Positions 39,516 through 53,619 of a DNA stretch of 64,000 nt are shown in pieces (position 1 is the stretch's first letter; each line of letters starts with the position of its first letter). Origin of the DNA: Octopus bimaculoides (Eukaryota); the NCBI RefSeq assembly GCF_001194135.2, contig NC_068993.1:52841744-52905743 (forward strand), read 5' to 3'. A model generated the notes under the pieces. It made no database searches. It was not told the origin of the DNA and saw only the letters and a program-made list of their open reading frames with translations. The translations under genes and the position numbers were made by a program.

Positions 39516-41745
39516 GACACGCGTTACACAGTCTCCTGATCGATTTGAGAGTATAGTTGAAGTATAGTCCAAAGTACTGCGCAGTGGAACTAAACCCGAA
39601 GCCATGTGGTTGCAAAGCCAGCTACTTCTGTGAAGTCAATGTTAAAAAGGAGTAACTTCAATGTGGTACCAATTCGGTGACTTGATAAAGAAATTCTATA
39701 GAATGCTTCAGTAAATTAAGTAATAAATGGTGTCAAATTATAACATTAGCAGAATTAAGATATATCTTAATTAAATAATTTGTGAGATGCAACTGTAGTG
39801 GAAGTGGGGCAGTAATGTGTTTATAACTGAAACTAAGTATGACGGTGGTGGCGCTGGTGGTGAAGGTGATATTGGTGTCTTTACCATTTTTTATCTTTTA
39901 CTTGTTTCCGTCATTGGACTGCGACCATGCTGGAGCACAGCCCTAAAGAATTTTTAATCGAACGAATCGACGCCAGTATTCATTATTGTTGGTGGCGAGT
40001 TGGTAGAATCGTTATAACGCCGGGGAAAATGCTTAGCGGTATTTCGTCTGTCTTTACGTTCTGAGTTCAAACTCCGCCGAGGACGCCTTTGCCTTTCATC
40101 CTTTCGGGGTCGATAAATTAAGTACCAGTTGCGTACTGAGATTGCTGACTATTTGCTTCGCGATTTGAGAGTTGTTGCTGTTGCTGCTGCTGCTGCTGCT
40201 GCGAGTGATGGAGGTCGTTTTAAATTTTCCATTTCTTTTCTTTTCTTTTTTTGGGGGGGAGGGGAGTATGGTTGTTGTTGATGCGATTGTTGTCAATCTT
40301 GTTGGTGATGGCTGTAGTGATTTTGGTTGTTACTTTTTTTCTTTTTTTCGTAGTTTCGCTCTNNNNNNNNNNNNNNNNNNNNNNNNNNNNNNNNNNNNNN
40401 NNNNNNNNNNNNNNNNNNNNNNNNNNNNNNNNNNNNNNNNNNNNNNNNNNNNNNNNNNNNNNNNNNNNNNNNNNNNNNNNNNNNNNNNNNNNNNNNNNNN
40501 NNNNNNNNNNNNNNNNNNNNNNNNNNNNNNNNNNNNNNNNNNNNNNNNNNNNNNNNNNNNNNNNNNNNNNNNNNNNTGTGTTAGCATCATGGTATTGATG
40601 ATACCATATAGGGGTATGATGTGCTGACATGTGATACGGTGTTTTTGTTAGTTATTGTCGTATATTGATGTGGTGGTAGTGGTGGTGGTGGTGGTGGTGG
40701 TGGTGGTCACGACCTAGTTGTGACCATGACACTGGTGCCAAGCTGTATCGGCCTTTCCCTTTCCCTTGGATAACATCGGTGGCGTGCAGAGGGGAGGCTG
40801 GTATGCATGGGCGACTGCTGGTCTTTCAGAAACAACCTTACCCGGCCTTGTACCTCGGAGGGGAACTTTCTTGGTGCAATCCTATGGTCAACCATGATCG
40901 AAGGGGGTCTTTACCCTTTTTATTGATGATAGGATGGTTAGGGCTGTTAGAATGGTTGGTATGGCAATGATGTGACATTAGTGGCTGTGTGATGATGTTA
41001 CATTGGTATGGAAGCGCTAGTGACACACTGTATGGTGTGCTGCGATGGCGCTGTTAAGTGATCGGTAGTGGAGGCGGTGTTGGTGATGATGGTGGTGGTA
41101 GTGGTGGTAATGGTGATGGTGGTGCTTTGTGATACTGGTGGTGTTGATAGTGGTTAGTGGTGATTGATGCTCGTGGTGATAGCAGTGGAGGCTGCGGGGT
41201 TAAGATTAGTGGTGGTGGTGGTGGTGGCGGCGGTGGTTGGGCGTGATCATGATTGTGGAGATGGTGGTAGCAGCGATTGTGGTGTTGGTAGTGGCAATAA
41301 GTGCGTAAAGATTGTGGTAGTGAGATGTAGTAGAGATGATGTTGTTGATGGTAGTGGTAGTGCTGATGCTGGCGGTGGTGGTGATGGTGGACGGTCACAT
41401 TGACGATGTTAGGAGTGATACTGGTTGTTGTGCGATACTAATGATGATAGTCACGTGGTGGAGTTTGTTCCACGAACGTTCAAAACAAACAACATCCCAT
41501 GCTAGATCATGCCACACACCAAGATTACCGATACTAAATTGCTCACTGAACCGTTCGGGGTCTGCCAACTCGCTGACGGGTAGGAAGCTGAAAGCTGGAA
41601 TCTTTTATTTATATATATATATTATTTTTCATTTATTTATTTTATATTTAAAAATTTTTTTTTTTTTTTTTAAACCTGCTTACACAGAAAATTGATATTG
41701 AGAAAACTGAAGAAAAAGTCAGGAAAGAAACATCTCTTTGCCTCG

Positions 41746-42750
41746 TTAAAAAAAAAAAATACCCTCTTCTTCACACATTTTCAGACCAATATTAGATGGA
41801 ATTTTTATAAAGGGATTTCGAACCCAATCATACTCTTCTGTGTTTAATGACGGAAAATAAAAGTTTATTTTCTCTTCCAGATTTGTCAAATGCTTAAATA
41901 CAATAGGGATCATTTCTTTTATGCAGCTTTTACGTATTAAAGGAAACATTTCGAAGTTACCACCTTCAACTCTATTTTTCCAAATTACAATTTTTTTTTT
42001 AATGAAACCAACTTATCTGTCGAAGTGAGAATGTTTTCAACTCTACCTTACATACTTGTATTGACGCTATTAAGTTGTGCAAATATCTGTTAAATCTTCC
42101 AGCTTAGAAACCCAAAATTCATATTGTAAATATTCCAAAAAGCTTTCATGTTTTTCTTCTTTAAAAAATGCATGCAATTCCTTCTGGACTTCATGTATAC
42201 ACCTTACCTTTTGAGAGCCATCTGACTTTTGTGTGTAAAAGTAAGCGGTTGTGCTCAGAATCCATATCAACACAAATTTGTTCAAATAAGCAACACTTCA
42301 ACGGTCTACTTTTAATGTAATTAACCATTTCAACAATTTGGTTTAATACTTGCTTCAATTCAATTGGTATTGTTTTTGAAAGTAGTACTTCCCTATGTAC
42401 GAAGCAATGAGTACGTATAACATTAGGATTTTGCTGTTGTACAAGCGATACAAATCCTTTAATAGAGCCTATCATAGATGGTGCCCTATCGGTACATATT
42501 CCAACACATGGATTCCAGGATAAATTCCGTTTTTCGGGGTAGGCAGATAAAATGTCGAAAATATCTTGACCTCTTGTAGTGAATGGTATTTCTTCGCAAC
42601 AAAAGAACTGATTTATAATTTGGTTACCATCAATAAAGCGAATAAATGTAAGTAATTGTGCTTTGTTGCTAATATCAATTGATTCGTCAACCTGTAGATC
42701 AAATTCTGAGTTGTTAATTTTTTTTAATTTAAAAAATTTTTCATTACCCA
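41746..42750 (-). pseudogene. hAT Charlie/Buster (ZBED5/SCAND3-like) transposase relic
   Basis: FDLQVDESIDISNKAQLLTFIRF...ICTDRAPSMIG...THCFVHREVL...VNYIKSRPL...LLLHTKVRWLSKGKV continues with frameshifts to YDWVRNPF. Confidence 0.93.
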
Positions 42751-42859
42751 CTGGGAGCCAATCATAGAGAGGACGATACAAAGGAAGGGGCCGGAATGAT
42801 GAACACAATTATGGATACATTAAAAAATCGAATAAAAATTTTTCACACTAAATACGAAT

Positions 42860-43375
42860 GAAAATAACAAATAATAACACAAACAATGAAGTGAGGGACG
42901 GGTTCTGCTTTGGCTCAGCAAGCCCCGATCCACCACTGAGGCCTTTGAAAAACCCTATGGGCACTCTCATGCGGATTCATTCACTCTCGCCATACTCGCA
43001 ACAACCCTCCATCTTTTCTTATATACGTCCGGAGACAGGCACTCCTTCTCCACCCTTATTTTCCTTAGGTGGAAGGTGAGAAACCTCACCAACCCAAGGG
43101 TGGAGATTAAAGTGCCTGTCACGATTCCATTCACATGGGTCTTCCAAACTACCTCTTTCGCTATAGCAACTACAGCGAGAAAACAAGCCTTACCTTTTTT
43201 GTCAAAAGAGGAAGGGAGAACAATTTTTACGATCGACTCGGAAGACAGCTGTACTCTTCCCAGCCCTGACAACAGATGTTCAACGTAAACCCACATTTCT
43301 GAAATTTTAGGGCATTGCACAACCACGTGCAGAACGGTTTCCCTCTCCTGCTCGCATCTTGGGTACATGGGTGAA
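42860..43375 (-). mobile_element. Tx1/L1-like LINE 3' fragment (C-terminal CCHC region)
   Basis: PRCEQERETVLHVVVQC...MWVYVEHLL...AIAKEVVWK...FLTFHLRKIRVEKECL...KKRW. Confidence 0.8.
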
Positions 43376-45525
43376 CAGGAGCCACAATGCCTTGCAGTTT
43401 ATCGCAAACTATATTTGAGGCTGATTAGAGAGACAAAAGTTTGAACGGTGATAATTTCTAATCAGGCTTCTTGTTTCTTAAGTATTTGACATTAATATCA
43501 CTATGACCAGTTTTCAAGATACCTGATGAAATGTCAAGTAGTAAAATCGGGTGCTTTATAAACTAAGTCAACTAATTTTGCTTTATATTTTTTTTTCTCT
43601 TAATTTTAATGTTGAACGTGTGTGTGTTTTGCTGTTGTTTTTTTATTTGTTTTCTGATAACAGCCGTACATTTCGTGTCCTACTGTTCAAGCCTTGCTCA
43701 CTGTAATCAGTTGTTAGTCATCATCACTCATATAAAAGACACGTTCGACTTTGAATAAGATTGTTCCCGTGAGGAATAAGGGGTAGGTGTAGATTAAAGT
43801 TAAAAAGTTATTTTGTCATAACTTCAATGACAAACATTCAACAAGTTTTTGTATAAATAAACTGCTTCTGTTTTTGTGCATATTGTAGTTGTTGTTATTG
43901 TTGTTGTCTTAACAATTATTGTTCTTGTCGTTGTAGCAGTCTTTTATCTTTTTTCTTTTTTGTTCTGAGTCATCTCTTTGTTAAGATGTAAAGTACTTCA
44001 CACTTCACACTCTCGCACACACACAGGTATACACATACGCACGCACACACACACATACACACACACACACACACACGTCAGTTCTCACACGCGTACATAA
44101 TGCATGTGTCTGTTTGTGTCAGTGTGTGCACTAAGGTAGATGAATGTGTGAACAGACATAATTAACAGTGGCGTGTCACTGTTTCCTCACTATTTAGGTG
44201 ACATTACATTTGTCTTCTTTCTCCTCTATTGTAACATTCCACTCGTTTCGCACTGCTCTTACCTTCACTTTTGCTGTGCTATCTTGACAGTCTCACAATT
44301 TTACTTGACAAGACAACCAACTTTATTATGATAATAATTATTTCGCTGTCAATATAACTTAGGGTTTGGGCGATTATTGGCCTAAGCTATGTCTAACTTA
44401 ATAGCCACCACCTGGGATAGTCTTTTAAAGTCATTTTTTAGGACGTCATAGCCCACTCAAGTAGGAAGTTGTTTGCGAGATATATCTATGTGTCGCTGGT
44501 TTGTCTGGTTTTTCAGGGAGCAATTAGTTCAGATTTCGTAATAGATTTTTGTGTGCAAAATAATTTCCCGTTCACCATTTTTGCTTTGTTGTTTAACACT
44601 AGATCATCTTTGATCACCGAACAAGCGTAGGGTCAAAGACATCCCAGTCTTGATCGCCCTGTCCCAGTTTTAGGAGTATTGATAACTTTATTTAATGAAT
44701 TGTCTTTTTTTTGGGGGGGGGGTTTAAGGCAGCAGACGTAGTTTGAGGGAGATTAGACTGCTATTTCTGATGGGTTGAAAGACAAGAAATGTTGGCAGAA
44801 GTGTTAATGTCATTTATTAACGTCTTTATTATTAATCTTCAAAAATAATAACAACTATAATGANNNNNNNNNNNNNNNNNNNNNNNNNNNNNNNNNNNNN
44901 NNNNNNNNNNNNNNNNNNNNNNNNNNNNNNNNNNNNNNNNNNNNNNNNNNNNNNNNNNNNNNNNNNNNNNNNNNNNNNNNNNNNNNNNNNNNNNNNNNNN
45001 NNNNNNNNNNNNNNNNNNNNNNNNNNNNNNNNNNNNNNNNNNNNNNNNNNNNNNNNNNNNNNNNNNNNNNNNNNNNNNNNNNNNNNNNNNNNNNNNNNNN
45101 NNNNNNNNNNNNNNNNNNNNNNNNNNNNNNNNNNNNNNNNNNNNNNNNNNNNNNNNNNNNNNNNNNNNNNNNNNNNNNNNNNNNNNNNNNNNNNNNNNNN
45201 NNNNNNNNNNNNNNNNNNNNNNNNNNNNNNNNNNNNNNNNNNNNNNNNNNNNNNNNNNNNNNNNNNNNNNNNNNNNNNNNNNNNNNNNNNNNNNNNNNNN
45301 NNNNNNNNNNNNNNNNNNNNNNNNNNNNNNNNNNNNNNNNNNNNNNNNNNNNNNNNNNNNNNNNNNNNNNNNNNNNNNNNNNNNNNNNNNNNNNNNNNNN
45401 NNNNNNNNNNNNNNNNNNNNNNNNNNNNNNNNNNNNNNNNNNNNNNNNNNNNNNNNNNNNNNNNNNNNNNNNNNNNNNNNNNNNNNNNNNNNNNNNNNNN
45501 NNNNNNNNNNNNNNNNNNNNNNNNN

Positions 45526-45561
<36 letters not shown>

Positions 45562-46339
45562 TGTGTATCTGTGTTCGTCCCCTACCACCGTTTGTCAACT
45601 GGTATCGGTGTGTTTACGTTTCCGTAACTTAACGGTTCGGCAAAAGAGACCAATAGAATAAGTACCAAGCTTTAAAATAAAAACAACTACTGGGGTCGAC
45701 TTCATTCGGCTAAAATCCCTGCATGGCCGCAGTCTAATGACTGAAACAAGTAAAAACTAACAGAACTGAACGAAACACGTATATCTTGCAAAGTCGAAAC
45801 ATATCTGTTACGTGCCATCAGTGTACATTTATTGTCGGTTCTTTGTTGAGAAAAAGAAGAAAAAAAGATGGAAAGAAAATGAAACCCACTTTACCATTGT
45901 GAAATGAAGCTGCCCAAATAAGACCATCTGGTATGTCATGTTGATAAGACAGAAATCAAAGAAGCTCTGCTAGGCATCTTTATTATCTAGTTTGATGAGT
46001 TCACAGGTTTATCATATGACGTCCAGCTGTTTGTATAGATAGACAAGGTATGCAAAGCATTCGAATGTTAAAGAAGAATTCAGGGACAACGAAAAATGGA
46101 AACTGTATATGGAATTGTATCTTGTTATCATCATCACCATCATCCTCCTACTCTTCCTCCTCCTCCTCATCATCATCATGGCTACCCCCACAATCATCAT
46201 TATCCTCATCATCATCATCACCACCACCACCATCACAATCACCAATTATTTGCGTTCTTGCAATGCTGGAGATCTGGTTTCATAACAAGAGTGTTAAGTA
46301 TCAAGCCTGACGTAAATAACATGCATGTATATGATTCAG

Positions 46340-47210
46340 AGTTAGACGCTATATACGAAGATGCTTGTTCAAGCTCTCGAATCTGTCTCTGATAATCTAT
46401 GCACGGTAAACATTGCCAAATCTAGTTCTCTGAGCTTAAGTATATTGCGTTTGTCTCAAGAATTAAACGCTGATAAAGATGCACTTTTGTTTCAGAGAAG
46501 TAAACTGGCTTCCAAGAGTTACAGTGATGAAATGATATATTAAAAGATTTTTTTCAAGAACAATAAATTTTGTAGATAAAATATATGGCATCAAATGGAA
46601 GGTAAATGTAGCCAATATGAACGATGTTCTTTTCTGATTCAAGAATTTTCAAGGTAATTCAGCTAATGTTATAGACTTCGTTGATTTAAATCATTCCGAA
46701 TAAAAACTTAATCGTAGAATGAAAACACGAAGGCGGATCGCTACTGGGTTTTCTTTTCTTTTTTTAGAACTATGGGAGAAAGTAATACATTGCTGGAAGC
46801 AGAGAACATCAATGAAGTCACTGCAATAGTCCAGAAGCATGTTGTTTCGCTACATAAGGAATTATATTCGTTTTTTTTTTTTTTATTCCAGATGTTTGCG
46901 AACTGGATGATCAAATATTACGAAATCATTTTAGTATTAATTCCAGATCAATTCTGGCAATTTGTTTTATTCAGAATCCCTTCAGAATTAATCCCATATC
47001 AGTTACTAACAATTTGCAAGATGAATTTGTGGAATTTACAAAAGCCCTTTCAGGAAAAGATCTTTTTGAAACGTCTTCTCCAACAAAATTCCAGTGTTTC
47101 ATTTTGTAATTGTAACCATTTGTGTGTAAAATAGGTATACAAAGTGTTTTACTGTCCTTATCCACTCACCGTTGTGAAAAAGGATTTCCTGCAATGTCAA
47201 TTAGTTTGAC
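46340..47210 (+). pseudogene. Second, older hAT-Charlie transposase relic
   Basis: VNIAKSSSL...SQELNADKDALLF (compare VNYIKS...MDxEHxxLLxH), FQGNSANVIDFVD and SLSTHRCEKGFPAM (compare the C-terminal TYLCExGFS motif). Heavily mutated. Confidence 0.65.
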
Positions 47211-48209
47211 ACTCGGGAAAAATAGAAATGTCTTTGACGTTTCATACCGGCGCTCTTCGACAGAAAGGGACGAGAGGAAAAAAATGGGGAAAGAAAAATG
47301 TGTCGGGATTAATGGTTTCACATATGTGCGTGTATATGATGTGTGTGTATGCTTGACGACCGATATTGGTTTATTTACATTCCAGTAACTAGTGGTTCGG
47401 CAAGAGATGTCGTTAAAATAAATACCAGAATTAAAAATAAGTACTGGGGTCGATTTGCTCGATAAAACCTTTCAAGGCGGAGCCCCATCCTAGCTGTAGG
47501 GCAATAAATGAAATAAGTAAAAAAAAAAAACAAAAGAAATATACACACACACACCACGAAACTCCACTCACCCCTCTCTGTCTTTTTCCTCTCACTTTCT
47601 CTCACACACACACATACACCACACACACGCATACACACACACATACATACATACATACATACATAGACGATTCTTCCGCTGTTTATATATCACATTTTTA
47701 CTAGGGGTAAAAGAACTAACACTGCTTTCTTTCTATACACGCACGTATCTACAATATATACACGCATATTCCTAGATGTATATAAACATGTTAAATTCCA
47801 GAGACAGGAAACGAAGGAAAAAAAAATTACTAAGGATGTATATGCACACGCACACACTCACTCACACACACACATATATATATATGAAACAGTTGTAAAA
47901 TTAAACTTGTATATTTCTAATAAGTTGGGAGCAGGCGATCTTAGGTTTCTAAATCTGACCTCTAAAAGAGGGCATTAGCAACATGGTATAGGATGCAATG
48001 CGCGTGTGAGTGTACCACACCCAATATCGAGAACTTGGCCTATTAAATTCTACAGATGGTATTGAAAGCTTACAAAAGATTTCAAGTAGTTGGTTCAACG
48101 TCCAATTGACAATGTAATTTTATATGTTAATATGTTAATCAGGAGGCACGTCTCTATCTCACCACACTCCCTCCCTCTCTCTTTACCACTCTCTCTCTTT
48201 CTTTCTTTC

Positions 48210-48240
<31 letters not shown>

Positions 48241-50138
48241 CTCTCTCTCTACCTATCTTTCTGTCTATTTATCACTGCCTGTGAAGGCGCATGGCTCAGT
48301 GGTTAGAGCGTCGAGCTCGCAATCAGGAGGTAGTGAGTTCGATTCCCGGATCGGGCTGTGTGTTGTGTTCTTGATCAAGACACTTTATTTCACGTTGCTC
48401 CAGTTGATTCAGCTGTAGAAATGAGTTATGACGTCACTGGTGCTAAGCTGTATTGGCCCCTTTGTCTTTCCCTTGGATAACATCCGTGATGTGGAGAGGG
48501 GAGGCTGGTATGCACGGATGACTGCTGGTCTTCCATAAAAAACTTTACTCGGATTTGGTCCTCGGAGAGGAACTTTCTAGGTGCAATCCCATGCTCATTC
48601 ATGATCGAAGTGGGTCTTTACCCTTTAATCTTATCACTGCGCCTCTCTTTCTATTTATCAATTTATAATTCTTGCTGCGTGTCCCCCTCCTTGTCACTCC
48701 TAATTTTTTTGTCACTTTTTCTGTTCGTTTTCAGTTTTATTTTTATTTCATTTCATTATTATTTTAATTTATTTTTTATCTATTTTATTCTTTTATTCTT
48801 TTACTTGTTTCAGTCATTTGACTGCGGCCATGCTGGAACACCGCCTTTAGTCGAACAAATCGACCCCAGGACTTATTCTTTGTAAGCCTAGTACTTATCG
48901 GTGTCTTTTTGCCGAACCGCTAGATAACGGGGACATAAACACGCCAACATCGGTCGTCAAGCGATGGTGGGGGACAAACACAGACACAAATAACAAATAT
49001 ATGCATACATATACGACGGGCTTCTTTCAGTTTCCGTCTACCAAATCCACTCACAAGGCTTTGGTCAGCCCGAGGCTATAGTAGAAGACACTTGCCCAAG
49101 GTGTATTTATTGTTTTATTCTATTTATTTATTTATTTATTATCAGGATCAAATAAATTCATGGCACGAAACATATTTATCCTAAATTATTTCTACAGCCT
49201 TCATTTGGAAATCAAGATTGACTAGGTAACATGTACCAAGCTTTCGCTAAATATTTTAGGTACTTATTTAGTCGTGGTCAGACACAGACGTGCAATACAT
49301 CGAGGATGTGACTGCTGGTGGGTAAGAGAGAAGACTGCTGTACTAACACTTGGTTAGTATATATTTCTCCTCAGTAGACTGGAACAAAATAAAGTGATGT
49401 GCCTAGTTCAAGTACAATACAATGTGCTGCCAGGTCCAAAAATCGAACCTACAAACTCGTGATAGTCAGTGCAACACCGTAACCACTAAGCTACAGAGTC
49501 TTATAATTATAACTAATGGTTTCAGTTATAATTGATGGTTTCGAATTTTGGCACAGAGCCAACAGTTTCTAGAGGCAAGAGTTACATTGATCCCCGGTCC
49601 TTGACAAGTATTTATTTTATCGACCCCGAAAAGATGCAAAGCAAGTCGACCTTGGAAGAATTTGAACGCAAAGTCACAAGGAAAAATGCCCGAAAAAGCA
49701 TTTCGTCCGGGCTTGCTAACGATTCTGCCAGCACGTGGTCTTGTCTTACATCTCAAATTAATAATAATCGATGTAGCTTACATAAATTCGAACGAATTTC
49801 TCTTTTTATTAGATTTTATACTTAATTCTTTTTTGAAACATTGAAACTAGAAAGCAGATAAAGCTATAAATAATAATGTCAAATATTGGGTTAAAAATCC
49901 TTTCGATAGAAAAAGTCGAAGGCTGCCCGTGGGGCACGAAGCCATGTCTTCTGTAAACATAATGTCAACAACCTACAATTTTCGCTGACGAAACTAAAGT
50001 TTCTAAAATGATTAGAGAAATTCGAATGGTTGCTTTCTCCAGTGGTTGTACATTTGTCATCTTTACAAAAAGTGTAGGCTCGTGTCCCATGGACGGCCTT
50101 CACCTTTGGGGGACAACCACAAATACAAAGATACACGC

Positions 50139-50201
<63 letters not shown>

Positions 50202-50203
50202 CA

Positions 50204-50259
<56 letters not shown>

Positions 50260-50543
50260 NNNNNNNNNNCTTTCCGTCTATCAAATACACTCACAAGGCT
50301 TTGGTCGGCCCGAGGCTATAGTAGAAGACACTTGCCCAAAGCTGCGGGCTGGACACGGCCATTAATAAGTGAAAATGAATACACAAAAAAGAGAATGGGA
50401 GACGTACCAGCGCCCGCCGACTGATAGCCCCTCGAAAACACTGTTCAAAGGGTTCAAGGTTCAAAGCAATTACAAAGTATTTACCAAAGTTCAAAAGTTC
50501 AACATTATTGAAAACAAGAATTAGGCATATCAAACCTCTTACA

Positions 50544-51110
50544 TTATTCCCCGAGCACCCTTCTCGCAGCCTGCTGGTAAGCCTGCTGCGATAGGTCGAG
50601 GTCCATTTTGAGGTACTGCACATCCTCCCTCCCCAAAAGGTTCACAATTTGGGACAACTCCTTGTTGCTCACGGCCTCCGAGTGTACCTGTGAGGGCCAC
50701 CACGTACAGCTCATGCAGCCGGACTCATACCGATCACGGTTTAACAAATGTTCCAAATATTCCTCCACAGCCCCTCCCCTGCGGTAGAAGACCATATAGT
50801 CGCTGTCCCACTCACAGAGGTGGAGGGCTTCAGCCTGCTTCATCGGTGGCACACTTCCCACCGATGGAGCGTCAGAACACGCCGATGCCGCATCAGCGTC
50901 CGCCGGTCGTGTCCTATTCTTCCTTCTTCTTTTCTTAAGCGTTGCGGGAACAGGGGCCTCTATCGGTTTGACCGGGAGGGCCTCCTCTTCCGCAACCTGC
51001 GGATCCTTCGATGAGCAACAATTGTTGCTCACCTTCTTCCGCTTTCTTTTTCTCTCTGTGGAGTCTTCCTTCTCCACAACTCCCGTACATTGCATTCTCA
51101 GAATATCTAA
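50544..51110 (-). CDS. Uninterrupted GC-rich open frame of unknown identity (possible LINE ORF1 C-terminus or host exon)
   Basis: About 190 codons without stops, with basic NLS-like runs (RKRKRKK, KKRRRK) and a C-terminal non-low-complexity segment WDSDYMVFYRRGGAVEEYLEHLL...GCMSCTWW. No family motif recognised. Confidence 0.35.
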   Translation of the reverse strand, partial: LDILRMQCTGVVEKEDSTERKRKRKKVSNNCCSSKDPQVAEEEALPVKPIEAPVPATLKKRRRKNRTRPADADAASACSDAPSVGSVPPMKQAEALHLCEWDSDYMVFYRRGGAVEEYLEHLLNRDRYESGCMSCTWWPSQVHSEAVSNKELSQIVNLLGREDVQYLKMDLDLSQQAYQQAARRVLGE

Positions 51111-51852
51111 TACCCATTCCAGGCAAATGGGTAAAGTTATGTAATGAAAACTAAAACAGCGAAACGCCGGCAGCGGATTTGAATAAACCACGTATGAGCA
51201 GATAGTTCAGTTTTATATGGTTGTGTATGTGTGTCTGTGGGTGTTTCTCTCTACGTTGTATGTATGTGTGTGGTCGATATGCATATATGTATATGCGTAA
51301 ATATTTATGTCTGTATGTATGTATATGTATTTGTGTACGTTGATCTCTGTGTATATGCATATGTACATGTATATATGTGTGTATGTATATTATATATTAA
51401 AATGGGGGAGGCCGGTTTATGGAGTTACCCCATTTTAATATTAACTGCTCTACATCTTACAGTGTGCTTCTTCTCCGGATTTATGTATTTCTACAAACGA
51501 CATGTATGTATGTATGCATGTAAATATATCTATACATATACAGGGTGTCCACAAAGTCTGGGTAGATGAGGATTAACACATACTTTAAGAAATTAAAGTT
51601 GATCTAATCAACGGAACAGCCTGCTCGTGAATTAACGTGCAAGTCGCTGAAGGGAAATATTCTTTATGTTGCATGTCTCGTTTCTCTGTTTGTTTTTTTC
51701 GTTGTTCGAAAAAGAAGTTCGTTTTCTGTTTTCGTCTTTATGTTTCCGTTTCTCATTGTGTTTAACATTTTTTTTTCTTTTTGTGATGCCCTGTACCCAT
51801 ATATGCATGTATGTATACATATAGATGTAGGTATGTACATGTAGTAACGCCG

Positions 51853-51879
51853 TGCGCATGCGTAGTCTTACGCATGCGT
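51853..51879. promoter_or_regulatory. Tandem NRF1-like sites
   Basis: TGCGCATGCGT at 51853-51863 and ACGCATGCGT at 51870-51879, followed by CpG-containing unique sequence to about 51990. Confidence 0.3.
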
Positions 51880-53619
51880 AGAATTAAACAACCAAACTTT
51901 CCCGCTTTAATCTTTCTCTTTTACGGTCGGCCGACCATGAGCATGGACGTGTGCTAAAGCTGTCTCTACATCTTTCGGACTTACACAACTACAGAACAAC
52001 GTCCCAACAACTAAGCTCATACACACAATACCTCTTCAAACAAGAACTAATGATGTACATATTTACCACCTAAATAAAGTGTTGTTTAAGTTGATAGTCT
52101 GGAGTTCAGCGTTCCGTTATATTCTAAGTTTATAGTAGGAAAGTCAGGTATACAATCTAAAGATGTATAACCCACTTTCCTATATACATATATGTATGGA
52201 TATATGCATATATTTATATATTACTCTTTTACTTGTTTCAGTCATTTGACCGCGGCCATGTTGGAGCACCGCCTTTAGTCGAGTAAATCGATCCTAGGAC
52301 TTATTCTTTGTAAGCCTAGTACTTATTCTATCGGTCTCTTTGCCGAACCGCTAAGTTACGGGGACGTAAACAGACCAGCATCGGTTGTCAAGCGATATTA
52401 GGGGAAGAAACACAGACACACAGACACACATATATATATACATATATATATATACGACGGACTTCTTTCAGTTTCCGTCTACCAAATCCACTCACAAGGC
52501 TTTGGTCGGCTCGAGGCTATAGTAGAAGACACTTACCCAAGGTGCCACGCAGCGGGACTGAACCCGGAACCATGTGGTTGGTAAGCACGCTACTTANNNN
52601 NNNNNNNNNNNNNNNNNNNNNNNNNNNNNNNNNNNNNNNNNNNNNNNNNNNNNNNNNNNNNNNNNNNNNNNNNNNNNNNNNNNNNNNNNNNNNNNNNNNN
52701 NNNNNNNNNNNNNNNNNNNNNNNNNNNNNNNNNNNNNNNNNNNNNNNNNNNNNNNNNNNNNNNNNNNNNNNNNNNNNNNNNNNNNNNNNNNNNNNNNNNN
52801 NNNNNNNNNNNNNNNNNNNNNNNNNNNNATATATATATATATATATATATATACACACCCACACATATATTGCTCTTTCTCTCTGAATGCTTACTCGTGC
52901 AGTACATCTTGTTACAAACATGCATCAAAACTGTTACTGTAAGCTGTTCCTGGTTCAAACAACCATCCCATGCGACTGACTATCGTTCTATCCCAGGGGA
53001 AAAATTTAATCTAAACTGTTTCACTAACACACCTTTGAAAAAACGGGATTAATTCAATTGCAGTTTCAACTGATGGTTATAAGTTGGAAGAAAATATGAA
53101 TAAAACAGACAGGAAGGTGTTTATAGGAGTGGACTGAATTCAGTTGCAGTATGTTTTCTAAATCCAAATATTTGGGAGGAAATCTAATATACTAAGCATT
53201 AGAACCCACACATTGAGGGCTTTTATTTTATTCTTTATTTTTATTTTTATTTTCTCTTATTTATTTATGTATTCTATTTATTTCTTTTCTCATTCTACTA
53301 GATTCATTACATGTACCAAATACAGGGGTCTCCAAGAGAAATGTTGCAAGGTGGAGCACGATTGTTTCCTGGTCCCGCGGGTTTTCAAAATTCGAGTAAG
53401 CTGTGACTTTTTCTTTTTCTTTCTTTCCGTCAGATATTCATAGGCCCTTTCGTGGCTCTCCAGCACCCAGATGTGCAGACTGAACATTTTAAAATTTCAA
53501 CTGGGCGAGTGGGTGTGAAAGTATTTTAAAGATCATCCATCTCGTCGAAATTTTAAAACATTCCATTATGACATCGCAATATCGGAAAGGTTTATCCTTA
53601 AAATTTTATAAATTAGCTT

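Noticed and set aside
46096-46392. His/Pro-rich ORF (HHHHHPPTLPPPPHHHH...)
   Set aside because: Degenerate (CAT)n/(CCT)n microsatellite with no splice signals or non-repetitive domain. The same applies to 41054-41398 and 21186-21383.
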